DNA of 64,000 bases from an uncultured Gammaproteobacteria bacterium (GCA_963797555.1 CAWCPV010000005.1:253953-317952); one strand, 5' to 3'. Positions 14,697-24,492 are shown, counted from the first letter of the stretch. A program made the numbers and translations. The notes: a model not told the origin generated them from the sequence alone.

Positions 14697-14954
14697 TCAT
14701 CCTCGCTTTGTTGTCAGTTTGATGGACTTGAATTCGTCGAAAATGCTCTTCAACACGGCATAGAATTCAACTTGGAAACGTTGCATGGTGTCTTGCCGCA
14801 GCCTCCCGTCTGCAAGTTGGCCTGAGAAGGAGGCAACCATGCCCGCTCCGGTGAAGAACTCACGACGTTCTGCTGAGTGTGAATCAGGCCAGTCGCGGAG
14901 GCGTGCATACAGCCGGTGTTCTCGGTCGCGCTTTGGCTGGAGCAATGCTTTCAT
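14697..14954 (-). CDS. Hypothetical protein, integron gene cassette 2 (85 aa)
   Basis: ATG 14954 with a GGAG RBS just after the attC core GTTTGGG; followed by GCCTA, an inverse core broken by the intron; lower GC. Confidence 0.6.
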   Translation of the reverse strand: MKALLQPKRDREHRLYARLRDWPDSHSAERREFFTGAGMVASFSGQLADGRLRQDTMQRFQVEFYAVLKSIFDEFKSIKLTTKRG

Positions 14955-14965
14955 GGCTCCGGTGA

Positions 14966-15022
14966 CCCAAACGGCGCGCTCAACCGGCGCTGTCAAGCGT
15001 CCGGTTCGAGCGCTGGTTCGGT
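14966..15022 (-). mobile_element. attC recombination site (57 bp)
   Basis: Minus strand: ACCGAAC-CAGCG-CTCGAACC-GGACGC-TTGACA-GCGCC-GGTTGAG-CGCGCC-GTTTGGG, i.e. R''/L''/L'/R' with extrahelical bases. Confidence 0.88.
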
Positions 15023-15658
15023 GCTCTTTACTTCTATGATTCTCTTGCTTGGGACAAGCAGAACCGCGACGCTGTCGACCATAAAAGGAGTAGATCTTAG
15101 GCTTTGCACCAGAAGATCGATGACGGCTTGATGGTTCGGATTATATTCCCAGAAGTGAGGGAGTTCATTGAAAACCAGCAGGAGCGTCGATCCCCCGTCT
15201 GTCCGGTAGTCCCTGAGAGACTTCTTACGCCCGAGCGAGAGTGCCCTATGAACGGCCTCAATATGAGGGCTGATGTCGTTGTGATCCCAGACCTCCGTAT
15301 CAGTGAAGCCTCGTTCGTTTAGCTGCCGGCCTTCCTTCACGGCCTTCCGGCCATCCATCGGCCATGTGATCTCTACGAGGTGGTCCGTGCCTTCGGTCAG
15401 GTCTCGCACGACCCCGTCACCTGCCAGCGTGCCGGACAGGAGTGAGCAAAGGACATCAGTCCGATCGCCGTATTTCCAGTCGCAGAATACGCTAAATGGC
15501 AGCAACTCCTCGGAAAAGGTCTTGTGCGGCTCCTTCTTCAGCCGAGCCGGCTTCACCAACTCTGGATGTCTTCTGATATGCTCGTAGGCACTATTTACAT
15601 ATTCCACTAACTCGCGAGGTGTCCGCTGAAGATGAAATTCCTCCTTGGATATCCTCAT
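14993..15658 (-). CDS. Hypothetical protein, integron gene cassette 1; possible PD-(D/E)XK-like nuclease
   Basis: 221-aa lower-GC ORF between core site GTTCGGT (15676-15682, minus) and attC; GD..(x)n..VEIT motif. Confidence 0.7.
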   Translation of the reverse strand: MRISKEEFHLQRTPRELVEYVNSAYEHIRRHPELVKPARLKKEPHKTFSEELLPFSVFCDWKYGDRTDVLCSLLSGTLAGDGVVRDLTEGTDHLVEITWPMDGRKAVKEGRQLNERGFTDTEVWDHNDISPHIEAVHRALSLGRKKSLRDYRTDGGSTLLLVFNELPHFWEYNPNHQAVIDLLVQSLRSTPFMVDSVAVLLVPSKRIIEVKSTEPALEPDA

Positions 15659-15774
15659 GGCGCTTCCTTGTTTTCACCGAACATGAAGTCGACATCCTAA
15701 ATGGTGCCACAGATTCCTACAGCCATGGCATGTAGCGTGCCATCCGTTGCCCGGATGCGTTGTGGGGTTTATGG

Positions 15775-16678
15775 GGCGTTGTTACACAAATCCCCCGGTT
15801 GAGCGGTAGACTGGACCGCGGGATGGCTTGGAGCCGACAAAGGGGGGGCATGGGCAAGAGCACGAGGCGTATCGTCAACCGGGCCGAGTACAACGAGGCT
15901 CTGGTCAAGCGCGGCTCCATCACCTTCTGGTTCGACGAGGGTTTGTGAGGCTTGGCACCACAAGGGGCCCCAGCAGGGCCGTGGGGTCGGCAAGACTTAC
16001 AGTGACGTCGCCATTCAGACCGCCCTGATGCTGAAGATGCTGTTCAACCTGCCGCTGCGCATGCTGGAAGGCTCCCTCGGCTCGGTGATTGAGCTCATGG
16101 CTCTGGCGCTCCAGAGCCCGGACTACAGCACCATCTCCAAGCGCGCTCGCAAGCTCGAGGTGGCCATTCCCCGGCGAGTGCCGCAAGGGCCGGTCGATGT
16201 GGTGGTGGACAGCTCCGGGGTGAAGGTCTACGGCGAAGGCGAGTGGAAGGTGCGCACCCATGGGGCGGACAAGCGTCGGGTCTGGCGCAAGCTCCATCTC
16301 GCCGTGGACCCCGCAAGCCACGAGGTCATCGTTGCAAGCCTCACCACCGTCTCGGTGGGCGATGCCCAAGCGCTGCCCAGGCTCTTGGAGCAACTGCCTG
16401 CCGAGGGGTCGGTGGGGAGCCTCTATGGCGATGGGGCCTATGACACCGAGGGCGTCTACCAAGCGGCTGAAGCCCGTGGGGCGAAGCCTGTCATCGCGCC
16501 GCGGCGTACCGCCGTTTCCTGGCCCGCGGGGCATCCCCGTAGCCGCGCCATCGAGGCCTGCCGCAGCGAAGGGCGCAAAGCGTGGAAGCAGGCGGTGGGC
16601 TACCACCGACGAAGCCTCGCCGAGACCGCCATGTGCCGGTACAAGCAAGTGATCGCCCCCGGGAACGGTTCGCTTTGA
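15775..16678 (+). mobile_element. IS5-family (IS903 group) element, frameshifted and 3'-truncated
   Basis: Left IR GGCGTTGTTACACAAATC (15775-15792); transposase motifs YNEALVKRGSITFW, PDYSTISKR, VDSSGVKVYGEGEW, WRKLHLAVD, GDGAYDT, GYHRRSLAETAM; no right IR seen. Confidence 0.9.
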
Positions 16679-16679
16679 T

Positions 16680-18323
16680 TCAGGGCATTGTGCAGGTTTC
16701 CGGCTCGGCGTTGCGCAGCCGGGAGATCTCCTGACGCAGTCGGCGTTCGTCGATCTTCAGAAAAACGGCCGCCAGTTCGGAGCCGTCCTCGGCTGTCCGC
16801 CACCACTGCGGAGTTGCCACCCCGGCCAGTGCATTCAGGCCATCGACTATCGCAGTCGCCTGCGTCGTGTTCCGCGGATTGAGCTTCGACAGAAACACGT
16901 AGCGGGCCGGACCTCGCTCTATCGCTGTTAGCATGCTGCACCTCGCAGTGGCACGGGGAAATGGTATTCCCTGCCGGTCCGCCAGGAGGGCGAGATAGTC
17001 GGGCGTGTCCCACAGCACTACCGACCTCGGGTCGGTCGCTGCGCGAATGCGCTGCATGTCGTCGAAGAGCCTCAGGTGCAGATCGGCCTTGCGCCGGGCG
17101 GCAGGCAAATCCGGTACCCGATAGAACTCGCTGATGCGACTGTAGTCGCGCGGCACGCGCTGACCCGCGCGGTGCACGACGAAGGCCAGCGAGGGCGCGG
17201 AGGCGGACAGAAGCAGCAACAGCAGCAGGTGCGGGGCGTAACGCCCCGCTCGGACGCGGCAGAGCCGATCGCCCAGAGCCTTGGCCACCCAGGCCGCCTG
17301 CAAGAGGAGCAGAGGGAAAACCGGATACAAGAACCTGACCATCTGGTCCGAGGTGGGCCAAGCAATGGCGATAGCTAAGTAAATCAGTATGTACCAGCCG
17401 TCGAGCCTGCCCCGGACTGCGCCGCCGACGGTGCCGGCCGCGGCCAGTACGGCGCCGACGGTTGCCACCAGGTACCCTGGCGTGTAAGGGCTCGTCCAAT
17501 AGAAAATCGTGGAGGTGAGCCAGGCGGGGAAGACGGCCGCCCATTGGGGAGAGACCACCTCGACGAAGCTGGCGACCGAGGCGCCGCCCTGCCCCAGGTG
17601 TTGGACCAGGCCCGCGGCCAGGGAGCCATACAGCCCGATCCCCTCCAGGGAGCGCAGCCAGACCCAGGCGGACAGCGCGACGACGGGGACACCCAGTACC
17701 GCGAGCCGAGGGAGTCTCCGACCGTTCTGGGGCGTGCGATCCAACACCGTCGAAACCGCATAGGCGGCGACCAGCGCAACGCCTATGACACGCGTCAGCA
17801 CCACGGCAGCCAGTAGTAGACCGAGAGCGGCCAGCAGCCACGGAGACGATTGCGGGCGTGAATGCTGCCGGTCGTGCAGGCAAAAGAAGGCCAGAGTGAG
17901 CGCCAGGTACAAGTTCTCGCTGAGGATGCCGAGCAGGTTCCACCACGCGGCAGGCGATGTCGCGAAGAGCACGCTCGCGATCAGCGCCGCCGAGCGTGAA
18001 GCGAGGCGCCGTGACCCGTAACAGTACATGGCCGTCCAGGCCGCGGCGAAGCAGGCGGCGACCACCAAGTGGGCATACAGAAAGCGGTGGGAGGCCCCGA
18101 GCAACCCGAGCAATAGCGGAAACAGCGGCGGATAATTGGTCTCCTGGGAGAACGTTCGCCGCACTGCCTCGCTGGCTTCGGAATAGGGCGAGAATACTTG
18201 AGCCTGGATCAGGTAGCTGACGCTGTCGTCGGCGAACGACGACAGCCCATCGTGCCATACGAACCATACCGCGAACGACAGCACGCCGAGGAATGCGGCG
18301 CCAAAAGTCACGCGGAAAGGCAT
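16680..18323 (-). CDS. Multi-pass membrane glycosyltransferase (GT-C/ArnT-PMT-like)
   Basis: N-terminal TM then DDSVSY, YPPLFPLLL, ILSENLY, TRVIG; many TM helices; start codon uncertain (up to 18410). Confidence 0.7.
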   Translation of the reverse strand: MPFRVTFGAAFLGVLSFAVWFVWHDGLSSFADDSVSYLIQAQVFSPYSEASEAVRRTFSQETNYPPLFPLLLGLLGASHRFLYAHLVVAACFAAAWTAMYCYGSRRLASRSAALIASVLFATSPAAWWNLLGILSENLYLALTLAFFCLHDRQHSRPQSSPWLLAALGLLLAAVVLTRVIGVALVAAYAVSTVLDRTPQNGRRLPRLAVLGVPVVALSAWVWLRSLEGIGLYGSLAAGLVQHLGQGGASVASFVEVVSPQWAAVFPAWLTSTIFYWTSPYTPGYLVATVGAVLAAAGTVGGAVRGRLDGWYILIYLAIAIAWPTSDQMVRFLYPVFPLLLLQAAWVAKALGDRLCRVRAGRYAPHLLLLLLLSASAPSLAFVVHRAGQRVPRDYSRISEFYRVPDLPAARRKADLHLRLFDDMQRIRAATDPRSVVLWDTPDYLALLADRQGIPFPRATARCSMLTAIERGPARYVFLSKLNPRNTTQATAIVDGLNALAGVATPQWWRTAEDGSELAAVFLKIDERRLRQEISRLRNAEPETCTMP

Positions 18324-18496
18324 GCTCGTCCCCGTCCGAATGCCTTCCCGGGACACGGCGCCAACAGCGGGGCGGTCACTCAGGGCCAGGATCTCCCGTC
18401 GGGACGACAAGCGCGGGAGGCGCCGGGGAGGGCTGACGAACAGCGTTCAATGCATTCGTAAGTGCAGGGCCGACACACCGGTTGCGGTCTGCGAGC

Positions 18497-18529
18497 GTGA
18501 TACTTTTGTGATATTAGCGGCGCTAAGAT
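18497..18529 (+). promoter_or_regulatory. OmpR-type tandem box plus -10 element (likely autoregulatory)
   Basis: GTGATAC-N4-GTGATAT direct repeat (11-bp period), then TAAGAT 9 bp downstream, before the regulator gene. Confidence 0.55.
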
Positions 18530-18565
18530 TCCACAGCAACGCAGCACAGTACTGGAGGTGAAGGG

Positions 18566-19276
18566 ATGACGCGCAGCATCCTGGTGGTGGAGGACGACCG
18601 GGACATTGCCAACCTCCTGAGGATCCACCTGCAGGATCTGGGGCATGCCGTCGACCTCGCCTACGACGGACGTACCGGGCTGGCGCGCGCCGAGGCCAAA
18701 CCCTACGACCTGGTCATCCTGGACCTGATGCTCCCCGGGCTGGAGGGGCTCGAGGTCTGCCGGCAGTTGCGGGCGCGCCAGATCTATACCCCCATCCTCA
18801 TGCTGACCGCCAAGTCCTCCGAGATCGACCGCGTGCTCGGCTTGGAGATGGGCGCCGACGACTACCTCACCAAGCCATTCAGCATCCGGGAGCTGCTGGC
18901 ACGCGTGAAGGCCATCCTGCGCCGCGCCGACCTCCTGGCGGCGCAGGCCGCCCAGAACACCAAGACCGTGGACGCCGGTGACCTCTTCATCGACATGGAC
19001 AAGCGCACCGTAACCGTGAAGGGTGCGCCCGTGGATCTCACACCCAGGGAGTTCGACCTGCTCGCGCACTTTGCTCAGCATCCCGGCCGGGTCTACTCGC
19101 GAGAGCAGTTGTTGAACCAGGTCTGGGGGTATGGGCACGAGGGCTACGAGCACACCGTCAATACCCACATCAATCGCCTGCGCACGAAAATCGAGAACGA
19201 CCCGGCACGGCCGCGCTACATCCTGACGGTGTGGGGCGTGGGCTACAAGTTCTCCGAGGCGGAGAGGCAGGGCTGA
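18566..19276 (+). CDS. OmpR/PhoB-family response regulator
   Basis: ILVVEDD, LDLMLPG, GADDYLTKPF, winged helix TVWGVGYKF. Confidence 0.95.
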   Translation: MTRSILVVEDDRDIANLLRIHLQDLGHAVDLAYDGRTGLARAEAKPYDLVILDLMLPGLEGLEVCRQLRARQIYTPILMLTAKSSEIDRVLGLEMGADDYLTKPFSIRELLARVKAILRRADLLAAQAAQNTKTVDAGDLFIDMDKRTVTVKGAPVDLTPREFDLLAHFAQHPGRVYSREQLLNQVWGYGHEGYEHTVNTHINRLRTKIENDPARPRYILTVWGVGYKFSEAERQG

Positions 19277-19378
19277 GAGCCTGTGAACAGGTCTGCTGCC
19301 TGTCTACCGCATAGGTCTCGTAGCTGCGCTCCGCGCGCCTTGCTCTCGGGCCGCTCGCGACGATTTCTTCACCAGCTC
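19277..19378. mobile_element. Putative ~100-bp MITE (IS5-like ends) with TGA target duplication
   Basis: TGA|GAGCCTGTGAA...TTCACCAGCTC|TGA; related left ends at 42526, 36793 and 34404. Confidence 0.55.
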
Positions 19379-19390
19379 TGAGTCGGTCCG

Positions 19391-20869
19391 ATGCTTAGAA
19401 CCCTTTACAGCCGCCTGGCGGCCGTTCTGTTGGGGCTCTGTGCCGTCACGGGCCTGCTCTTCCTCGCGGTCTTCTGGGTGCTGATGGACCTGCATCAGCA
19501 GGAGGTTACCCAGCGGCTGAACAGCCACCTCGCCGAACACCTCGTGAGCGAGAACCTGGTTCCCGGAAGTCAGGCCATCAAACGTGAGGCCCTGGAGCGG
19601 ATGCTCGACATGCTCATGAACATCCATCCCGGCATCGAGATCTACCTCCTCGATGCGCAAGGCAATGTAGTGGGCTTCTCGGGGGAGCCCGGGGATGTCC
19701 GCGGCCGCAGGGTGGACCTGCGGCCGGTGCGCGCCTTTCTCTCCGGGGCGACAGCTCTCCCCATCCGGGGCGATGACCCCCGCGACCCCGACCGCAGGAA
19801 GATCTTCTCGGCAGCGCGCGCGACCGACCAGGATAAGAGGCCGGGGTACCTGTACGTCATCCTCGGTGGGAAGCAATACGACAGCGCCGCCCAGAGCAGC
19901 AGAGCCAGCTACATCTTTAGGCTGAGCGCTTGGACGGTAGGAGCAAGCGTCCTGTTCGCCGCGCTGGGGGGTCTGTTCTTGTTCAACGCTCTGACCCGGC
20001 GCGTGCGCCGGCTAGCGATGGCGATGAGCGCGTTCCAGGCCGGCAAGCTGAACGAGCGCGTCGAGTTTGCGGAGGAGGCCAAACAGCGGGGTGACGAGCT
20101 GAGCCGGCTCGGCGCCGCCTTCAATGAGATGGCGGAGAAGCTCGTCGAGCAGATGCAGACCCTGGAGCAGACGGACCGCATGCGTCGCGAGCTGGTCGCC
20201 AACGTGTCGCATGATCTGCGCACACCGCTGGCCTCTCTGCAAGGCTATCTCGAGACGCTCCTCCTGAAGGACGACGCGCTGCCGGAGCAGGAGCGGCGCA
20301 GCTACCTGGAGGTGGCCCTGAAGCACACCGAGCGTCTGGGAAAGCTGGTGGCGGAGTTGGTGGACTTGGCCAAGCTGGATGCCGGGGATCGGGAGATCCA
20401 GTGGGAGCCCGTTTCGCTGGGCGAGCTCGTCCAGGACATCGTTCAGAAGTTCCAGCTTGCCGCCGAGTCCAGGAGCATCCGCCTGGAGGCGTCGTTCAGC
20501 GAAGATGTTCCCTTCGTGCTCGGGGATATCGGCCTTATCGAGCGCGTGTTCGAGAATCTTATCGAGAACGCTCTGCGACACACCCCACCGGGCGGTGTGG
20601 TCAGAGTCACGCTGACTCCGGCGCAGGATCGCGTGACGGTCCAAGTGGCCGACACGGGCGAGGGGATTCCCGCCGAGAAGATTGCACGCGTGTTCGATCG
20701 CTTCTATCAAGTGGAGAAGAACGAAAAGGAGAAATCGGGTCGGGCGGGTCTGGGTCTCGCCATTGCCAGGCGCGTCGTGGAACTCCACGGAGGAACCATC
20801 CGGGCGGAGAACAGAATGCAGGGCGGCACCACCTTCTTCTTCAGCTTCCCCGCGCATGTCTTGGACTGA
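19391..20869 (+). CDS. Sensor histidine kinase (2 TM, HAMP, HisKA, HATPase)
   Basis: NVSHDLRTPL H-box, NLIENALRH, DTGEGI, GLGLAI. Confidence 0.95.
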   Translation: MLRTLYSRLAAVLLGLCAVTGLLFLAVFWVLMDLHQQEVTQRLNSHLAEHLVSENLVPGSQAIKREALERMLDMLMNIHPGIEIYLLDAQGNVVGFSGEPGDVRGRRVDLRPVRAFLSGATALPIRGDDPRDPDRRKIFSAARATDQDKRPGYLYVILGGKQYDSAAQSSRASYIFRLSAWTVGASVLFAALGGLFLFNALTRRVRRLAMAMSAFQAGKLNERVEFAEEAKQRGDELSRLGAAFNEMAEKLVEQMQTLEQTDRMRRELVANVSHDLRTPLASLQGYLETLLLKDDALPEQERRSYLEVALKHTERLGKLVAELVDLAKLDAGDREIQWEPVSLGELVQDIVQKFQLAAESRSIRLEASFSEDVPFVLGDIGLIERVFENLIENALRHTPPGGVVRVTLTPAQDRVTVQVADTGEGIPAEKIARVFDRFYQVEKNEKEKSGRAGLGLAIARRVVELHGGTIRAENRMQGGTTFFFSFPAHVLD

Positions 20870-20908
20870 CGACCGTTGCGCAGCTCCGAAGGCTCCCAGC
20901 GTTCGACC

Positions 20909-20924
20909 TTAGGGATTTCCCTAA
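20909..20924. promoter_or_regulatory. Perfect 7-2-7 palindrome, possible NarL/LuxR-type operator
   Basis: TTAGGGA-TT-TCCCTAA upstream of the PAS sensor gene. Confidence 0.4.
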
Positions 20925-21147
20925 CGGAGGACTCGCCACGATAAGCTATGCTATGGGTCCATGGGGGTCCCTGGTGTGCCTATCCTCGTTCGCGTACCTG
21001 CGAGCGCGAACCGTCGTCGTCCGTCCTCCGCAGACGGTGACGGCACATGTCCGTCGGGAGGTGGACGGGCTGCCCGTTCTCCCCGACAACCCCGCTCCAC
21101 GCGCGGCCCCTCCAGCGGCGAATGCTTCACGGTCCGGATAGATTGAC

Positions 21148-23088
21148 GTGAGCTTGCGAATCAAGACCTCGCTCGCCTTGGTCCTCGCGGGCCTGTCGGC
21201 GGCTGTTTTCCTCGTCGGAGTCTGGCTGCCGGGCGCGGTGAAGCGCGCGGAGTCGCTCGATGACCAGCAGTTGGTCCGGGAGCTGTCTGCCCTTTCCGCC
21301 GGTCTATTCGTGACGCCGGCGGACGATCAGTGGGGGCCAGTCCGCCGGCGCCTGGCTCAGGCCCTCGCGGACCACCCGCACTGGGTGCGCATTTGGCTCT
21401 CGAACGGGGCAAGCGCCGCGCTCACCTTGCCAGACAACCGCGGTGCCGGCCCGCCAGAACGGGCTGGAGGCACTACAGTGTTCAGGCAGCCGCTCCAACT
21501 GGCCGATGGACAGAGGGGCGAGCTGGTGGTCGAGGGGGATCCCGCCGAGCGCCACGCCGCATTCCGGGCGGAGCACCTCAGGCAAGGGGTTTGGGGACTT
21601 TCCGGCGTCGCCCTGCTACTGGCCATCATTGCCGCAGGCCTGGAACTGGTGATCCACCGCCCCATCGCCCGTGCGGCACGCGCTGCGGAACGGCTTCAGA
21701 AAGGCGATCTGGACGTGCGCCTGCCCAGTTTCGGTGGCGGTGAGATAGGCCGGCTGGTGGAGGCGGTGACAGGTCTCCGCGACCGGCTGCAGGGCTGCGA
21801 AGGGCGGCTGCGCTCCGAGGTGAGCGACCGCGAGCAGATCCTTCAGGCCCTGCGCGAGAGTGAGCAGCGGTATGCGCTGGCAATCAGAGGGGCGAACGAT
21901 GGGCTCTGGGAATGGAACCTCCAGACCGAGGAGGTTTACTACTCGCCGCGCTGGAAGAGCATGCTGGGCTATGGGGAGGACGAGGTCGGATCCTCTCCCG
22001 AGGAGTGGCGCGCGCGAGTCCACCCGGACGACCTGCCTAGAGTCTTGGCGGACGTGCAGAGGCACCTTTCGGGGGCCTCTCCCCGTTACGAGAACGAGCA
22101 CCGGCTGCGGCACAAGGACGGCAGCTATCGCTGGGTCCTGGCGCGCGGTACGGCTATCCGAAATGCGGCGGGCCGGCCTTACCGCATGCTGGGCTTGCAT
22201 ACGGACGTCAGCGATCGCAAGCGCGCCGAAGAGGTGCTATGGCTGGTGGCGGAGGCGACCTCCCCCTTTTCGGGGGAGCCGTTCTTCTACGCTCTGGTGA
22301 GGAACTTCGCCCGTGCCTTGCAGGTACACCTCGCCTTCGTGACCGAGTGCGTGGACTATCCGATCACGCGGGTGCGCACGCTCGCCTATTGGACCGGAAG
22401 CGATTTTGGCTCGAATATGGAGTTCGAGCTTGCCGGCACGCCCTGTGAGGACGTCATCGCCGGCGGCAAGCTCTGCTATTGGCCGAGCGGCATCTTGGAG
22501 CGCTACCCCAAAGAGCGCCCGACGGGCATGGACAGTTACCTGGGCGTGCCGATTTTCGACTCTTCCGGAGACAAGATCATCGGGCACCTCGCGTTCATGG
22601 ACCGCAATCCCATACCCGATACCCTGCTCACGACGCCCATTTTTCGGATCTTCGCCGCGCGCGCCAGTCTGGAGCTCGAGCGCCTGCGCGTGGAGCGGCA
22701 ACTGCGGTGCGAACGTAGTCGCCTCCAAGCCGCCCTGGAGATGATCCCGGACGGCATCATCGCCACCGATATCGACGGGCTGGTCGAGTGCATCAACCCG
22801 GCTGCGGAACGCCTCACCGGGTGGATCGAGAAGGAGGCGCGTGGCCAATTGCTCGACGCGGTGTTACAGACCTGCGACATCGCGACGCGAGATCCGCGAC
22901 CCCCAGGCCGACCGCTGCGCCGTTCCGAGGTTCCGGACGACCCGCCGCCGCTGCTGCTGGTCGCCAGGGATGGCCGCGAGAAGGTCATCGAGCGCTCGTT
23001 GTCTTCGGTGCACGACGAACGCGGCCAGGTGACAGGAATGCTCGTGGTATTCCGCGCGGCCGAGAAGGCTCGACTCTCGGCGGCCTGA
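21148..23088 (+). CDS. Membrane sensor TM-HAMP-PAS-GAF-PAS with no recognisable output domain
   Basis: GANDGLWEW..YSPRWKSMLGY..VHPDD PAS; GTPCEDV..SYLGVP GAF; second PAS ends GMLVVFR, then stop. Confidence 0.8.
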   Translation: MSLRIKTSLALVLAGLSAAVFLVGVWLPGAVKRAESLDDQQLVRELSALSAGLFVTPADDQWGPVRRRLAQALADHPHWVRIWLSNGASAALTLPDNRGAGPPERAGGTTVFRQPLQLADGQRGELVVEGDPAERHAAFRAEHLRQGVWGLSGVALLLAIIAAGLELVIHRPIARAARAAERLQKGDLDVRLPSFGGGEIGRLVEAVTGLRDRLQGCEGRLRSEVSDREQILQALRESEQRYALAIRGANDGLWEWNLQTEEVYYSPRWKSMLGYGEDEVGSSPEEWRARVHPDDLPRVLADVQRHLSGASPRYENEHRLRHKDGSYRWVLARGTAIRNAAGRPYRMLGLHTDVSDRKRAEEVLWLVAEATSPFSGEPFFYALVRNFARALQVHLAFVTECVDYPITRVRTLAYWTGSDFGSNMEFELAGTPCEDVIAGGKLCYWPSGILERYPKERPTGMDSYLGVPIFDSSGDKIIGHLAFMDRNPIPDTLLTTPIFRIFAARASLELERLRVERQLRCERSRLQAALEMIPDGIIATDIDGLVECINPAAERLTGWIEKEARGQLLDAVLQTCDIATRDPRPPGRPLRRSEVPDDPPPLLLVARDGREKVIERSLSSVHDERGQVTGMLVVFRAAEKARLSAA

Positions 23089-23187
23089 TACCGCCGACCC
23101 GCCGGCCCGTGCCGACGCCCGTCCGGCTGATTTCCCTCCCCGGATTGTCGCATTGCCGCTTCTGGATCACTGGCTTATCCAGAGCGC

Positions 23188-23218
23188 GTAGGATGCGGTG
23201 AACGAAGGGAACCGCATC
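23188..23218 (+). repeat. GTAG-type REP-like palindrome
   Basis: GTAG-GATGCGGT-loop-ACCGCATC. Confidence 0.5.
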
Positions 23219-23476
23219 GCTCGGGTTATTCCCCTGCCGCAATACTCGGGCCGCGCTCGCCACCCCAATCCTGGGGGCAGACCCCTCGCTGCTTGAACGC
23301 ATGGAAACTGGAATGAGGCCAGGCTGGTGCCCGCCAAACGCCGAACCCGTCCGTTAGCGCGTTCCAATGGACTTAATCCACGTGCCCGTTGAAGTCGCCC
23401 TGATTACGGATGAGATGTTCCCAAGAACACCGCCGCCATAGACCATGCCATTACACACAGCTCCCGGTCTCGGTTT

Positions 23477-23572
23477 GTCATTCCGGCGGGGAAGCCGGAA
23501 TCCAAAGGCCACGGACGGCATGGCTCGGCATCCTTGCCCCCTGGATTCCGTACACTCCCTATACGGAATGAC
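23477..23572. repeat. GTCATTCC...GGAATGAC paired palindromic repeat (REP doublet-like)
   Basis: GTCATTCCGGC..GCCGGAATCCA ... TGGATTCCGTA..TACGGAATGAC. Confidence 0.6.
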
Positions 23573-23727
23573 GAGATGTGTGTAAGCGGATGGCCCTAGA
23601 CCGCGTCCGCCCTGCTTGGCGCAGCTTTGCGAAACGCGCTCGCCTCTTTCGATAGCACCCACCCCATGATGGCCGGCTTCCAAAGCGGAAGGCGCCACGT
23701 TTCGCGCGGCAAGGGGTCGTCGGCTAA

Positions 23728-24492
23728 TCACTCCTCCTTCAGACGGACTTTGTAATTGCCCCGGCTCTCGTCGTACTCGAGATCGATCGCGCCCTGGGTC
23801 TCTGCGGCTTTCAGCAGGTCGGCGAAGGATCGATAACCGTAATACGCCTCGCTGAATCCTGGATGGACCCGTCGGATGGTCTGCTTCACCAGCGAGCCCC
23901 ACAGCGGGTCGTAGTCTTGCTCCAACGAGCGCACGATCTCCGTGAGCCGCTCCATCGCCTCCTGCTGCTTGTCCGTTTCCTTTTTGCCCGCCCGTTTCCT
24001 GGCCGGGAGCTGTTTCTTCGGCGACGCGCACCAGGTCGTCGTAGTAGATGAACTCGTCGCAGCTCGCAATCAGCAGGTCGGAGGTGGAACTCTTCACGCC
24101 GCAGCCGATGACGCGCTTGTTGTTCTCCTTCAGCTTGGAGACCAGCGGCGAGAAGTCGCTGTCGCCGGAGAGCAGCGCGAAGATGTCGATGTGCTGCTTG
24201 GAATAGCAGAGGTCCAGGGCATCCACCACCATGTGGATGTCGGCGCTGTTCTTGCCGCTCGCCTTGCTCTGCGGGATGTCGATCATCTCGATCCCCTGCG
24301 CGTGGAACTCGCGCACCGCGTCGCGGTAATGGCTCCAGTCGCAGTAGGCCCGCTTGTAGACGATGCGGCCCTTCTCGAGCAGCCGCTTGAGGACGAGTCT
24401 CGATCTGGAAGTCGCCGCCAGTTCATGTCCCGTACGCCCATGGCGAGGTTCTCGAAGTCGACGAAGACGGCGATCAGCGGTTCGTCGGCCAT
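23728..24492 (-). CDS. NYN-domain (LabA/DUF88) protein with C-terminal OST-HTH/LOTUS domain, frameshifted
   Basis: IAVFVDFENLA, GKNSADIHMVVDA, SGDSDFSPLV, FSEAYYGYRSFADLL spread over several frames. Confidence 0.85.

Noticed and set aside
15683-15774. attI site or a third attC upstream of cassette 1
   Set aside because: Only the core GTTCGGT and a small hairpin are visible, and the structure is not diagnostic.
23280-23360. Additional attC at CGCTAAC following a minus-strand ORF end
   Set aside because: No matching L boxes or R' core could be paired by eye.
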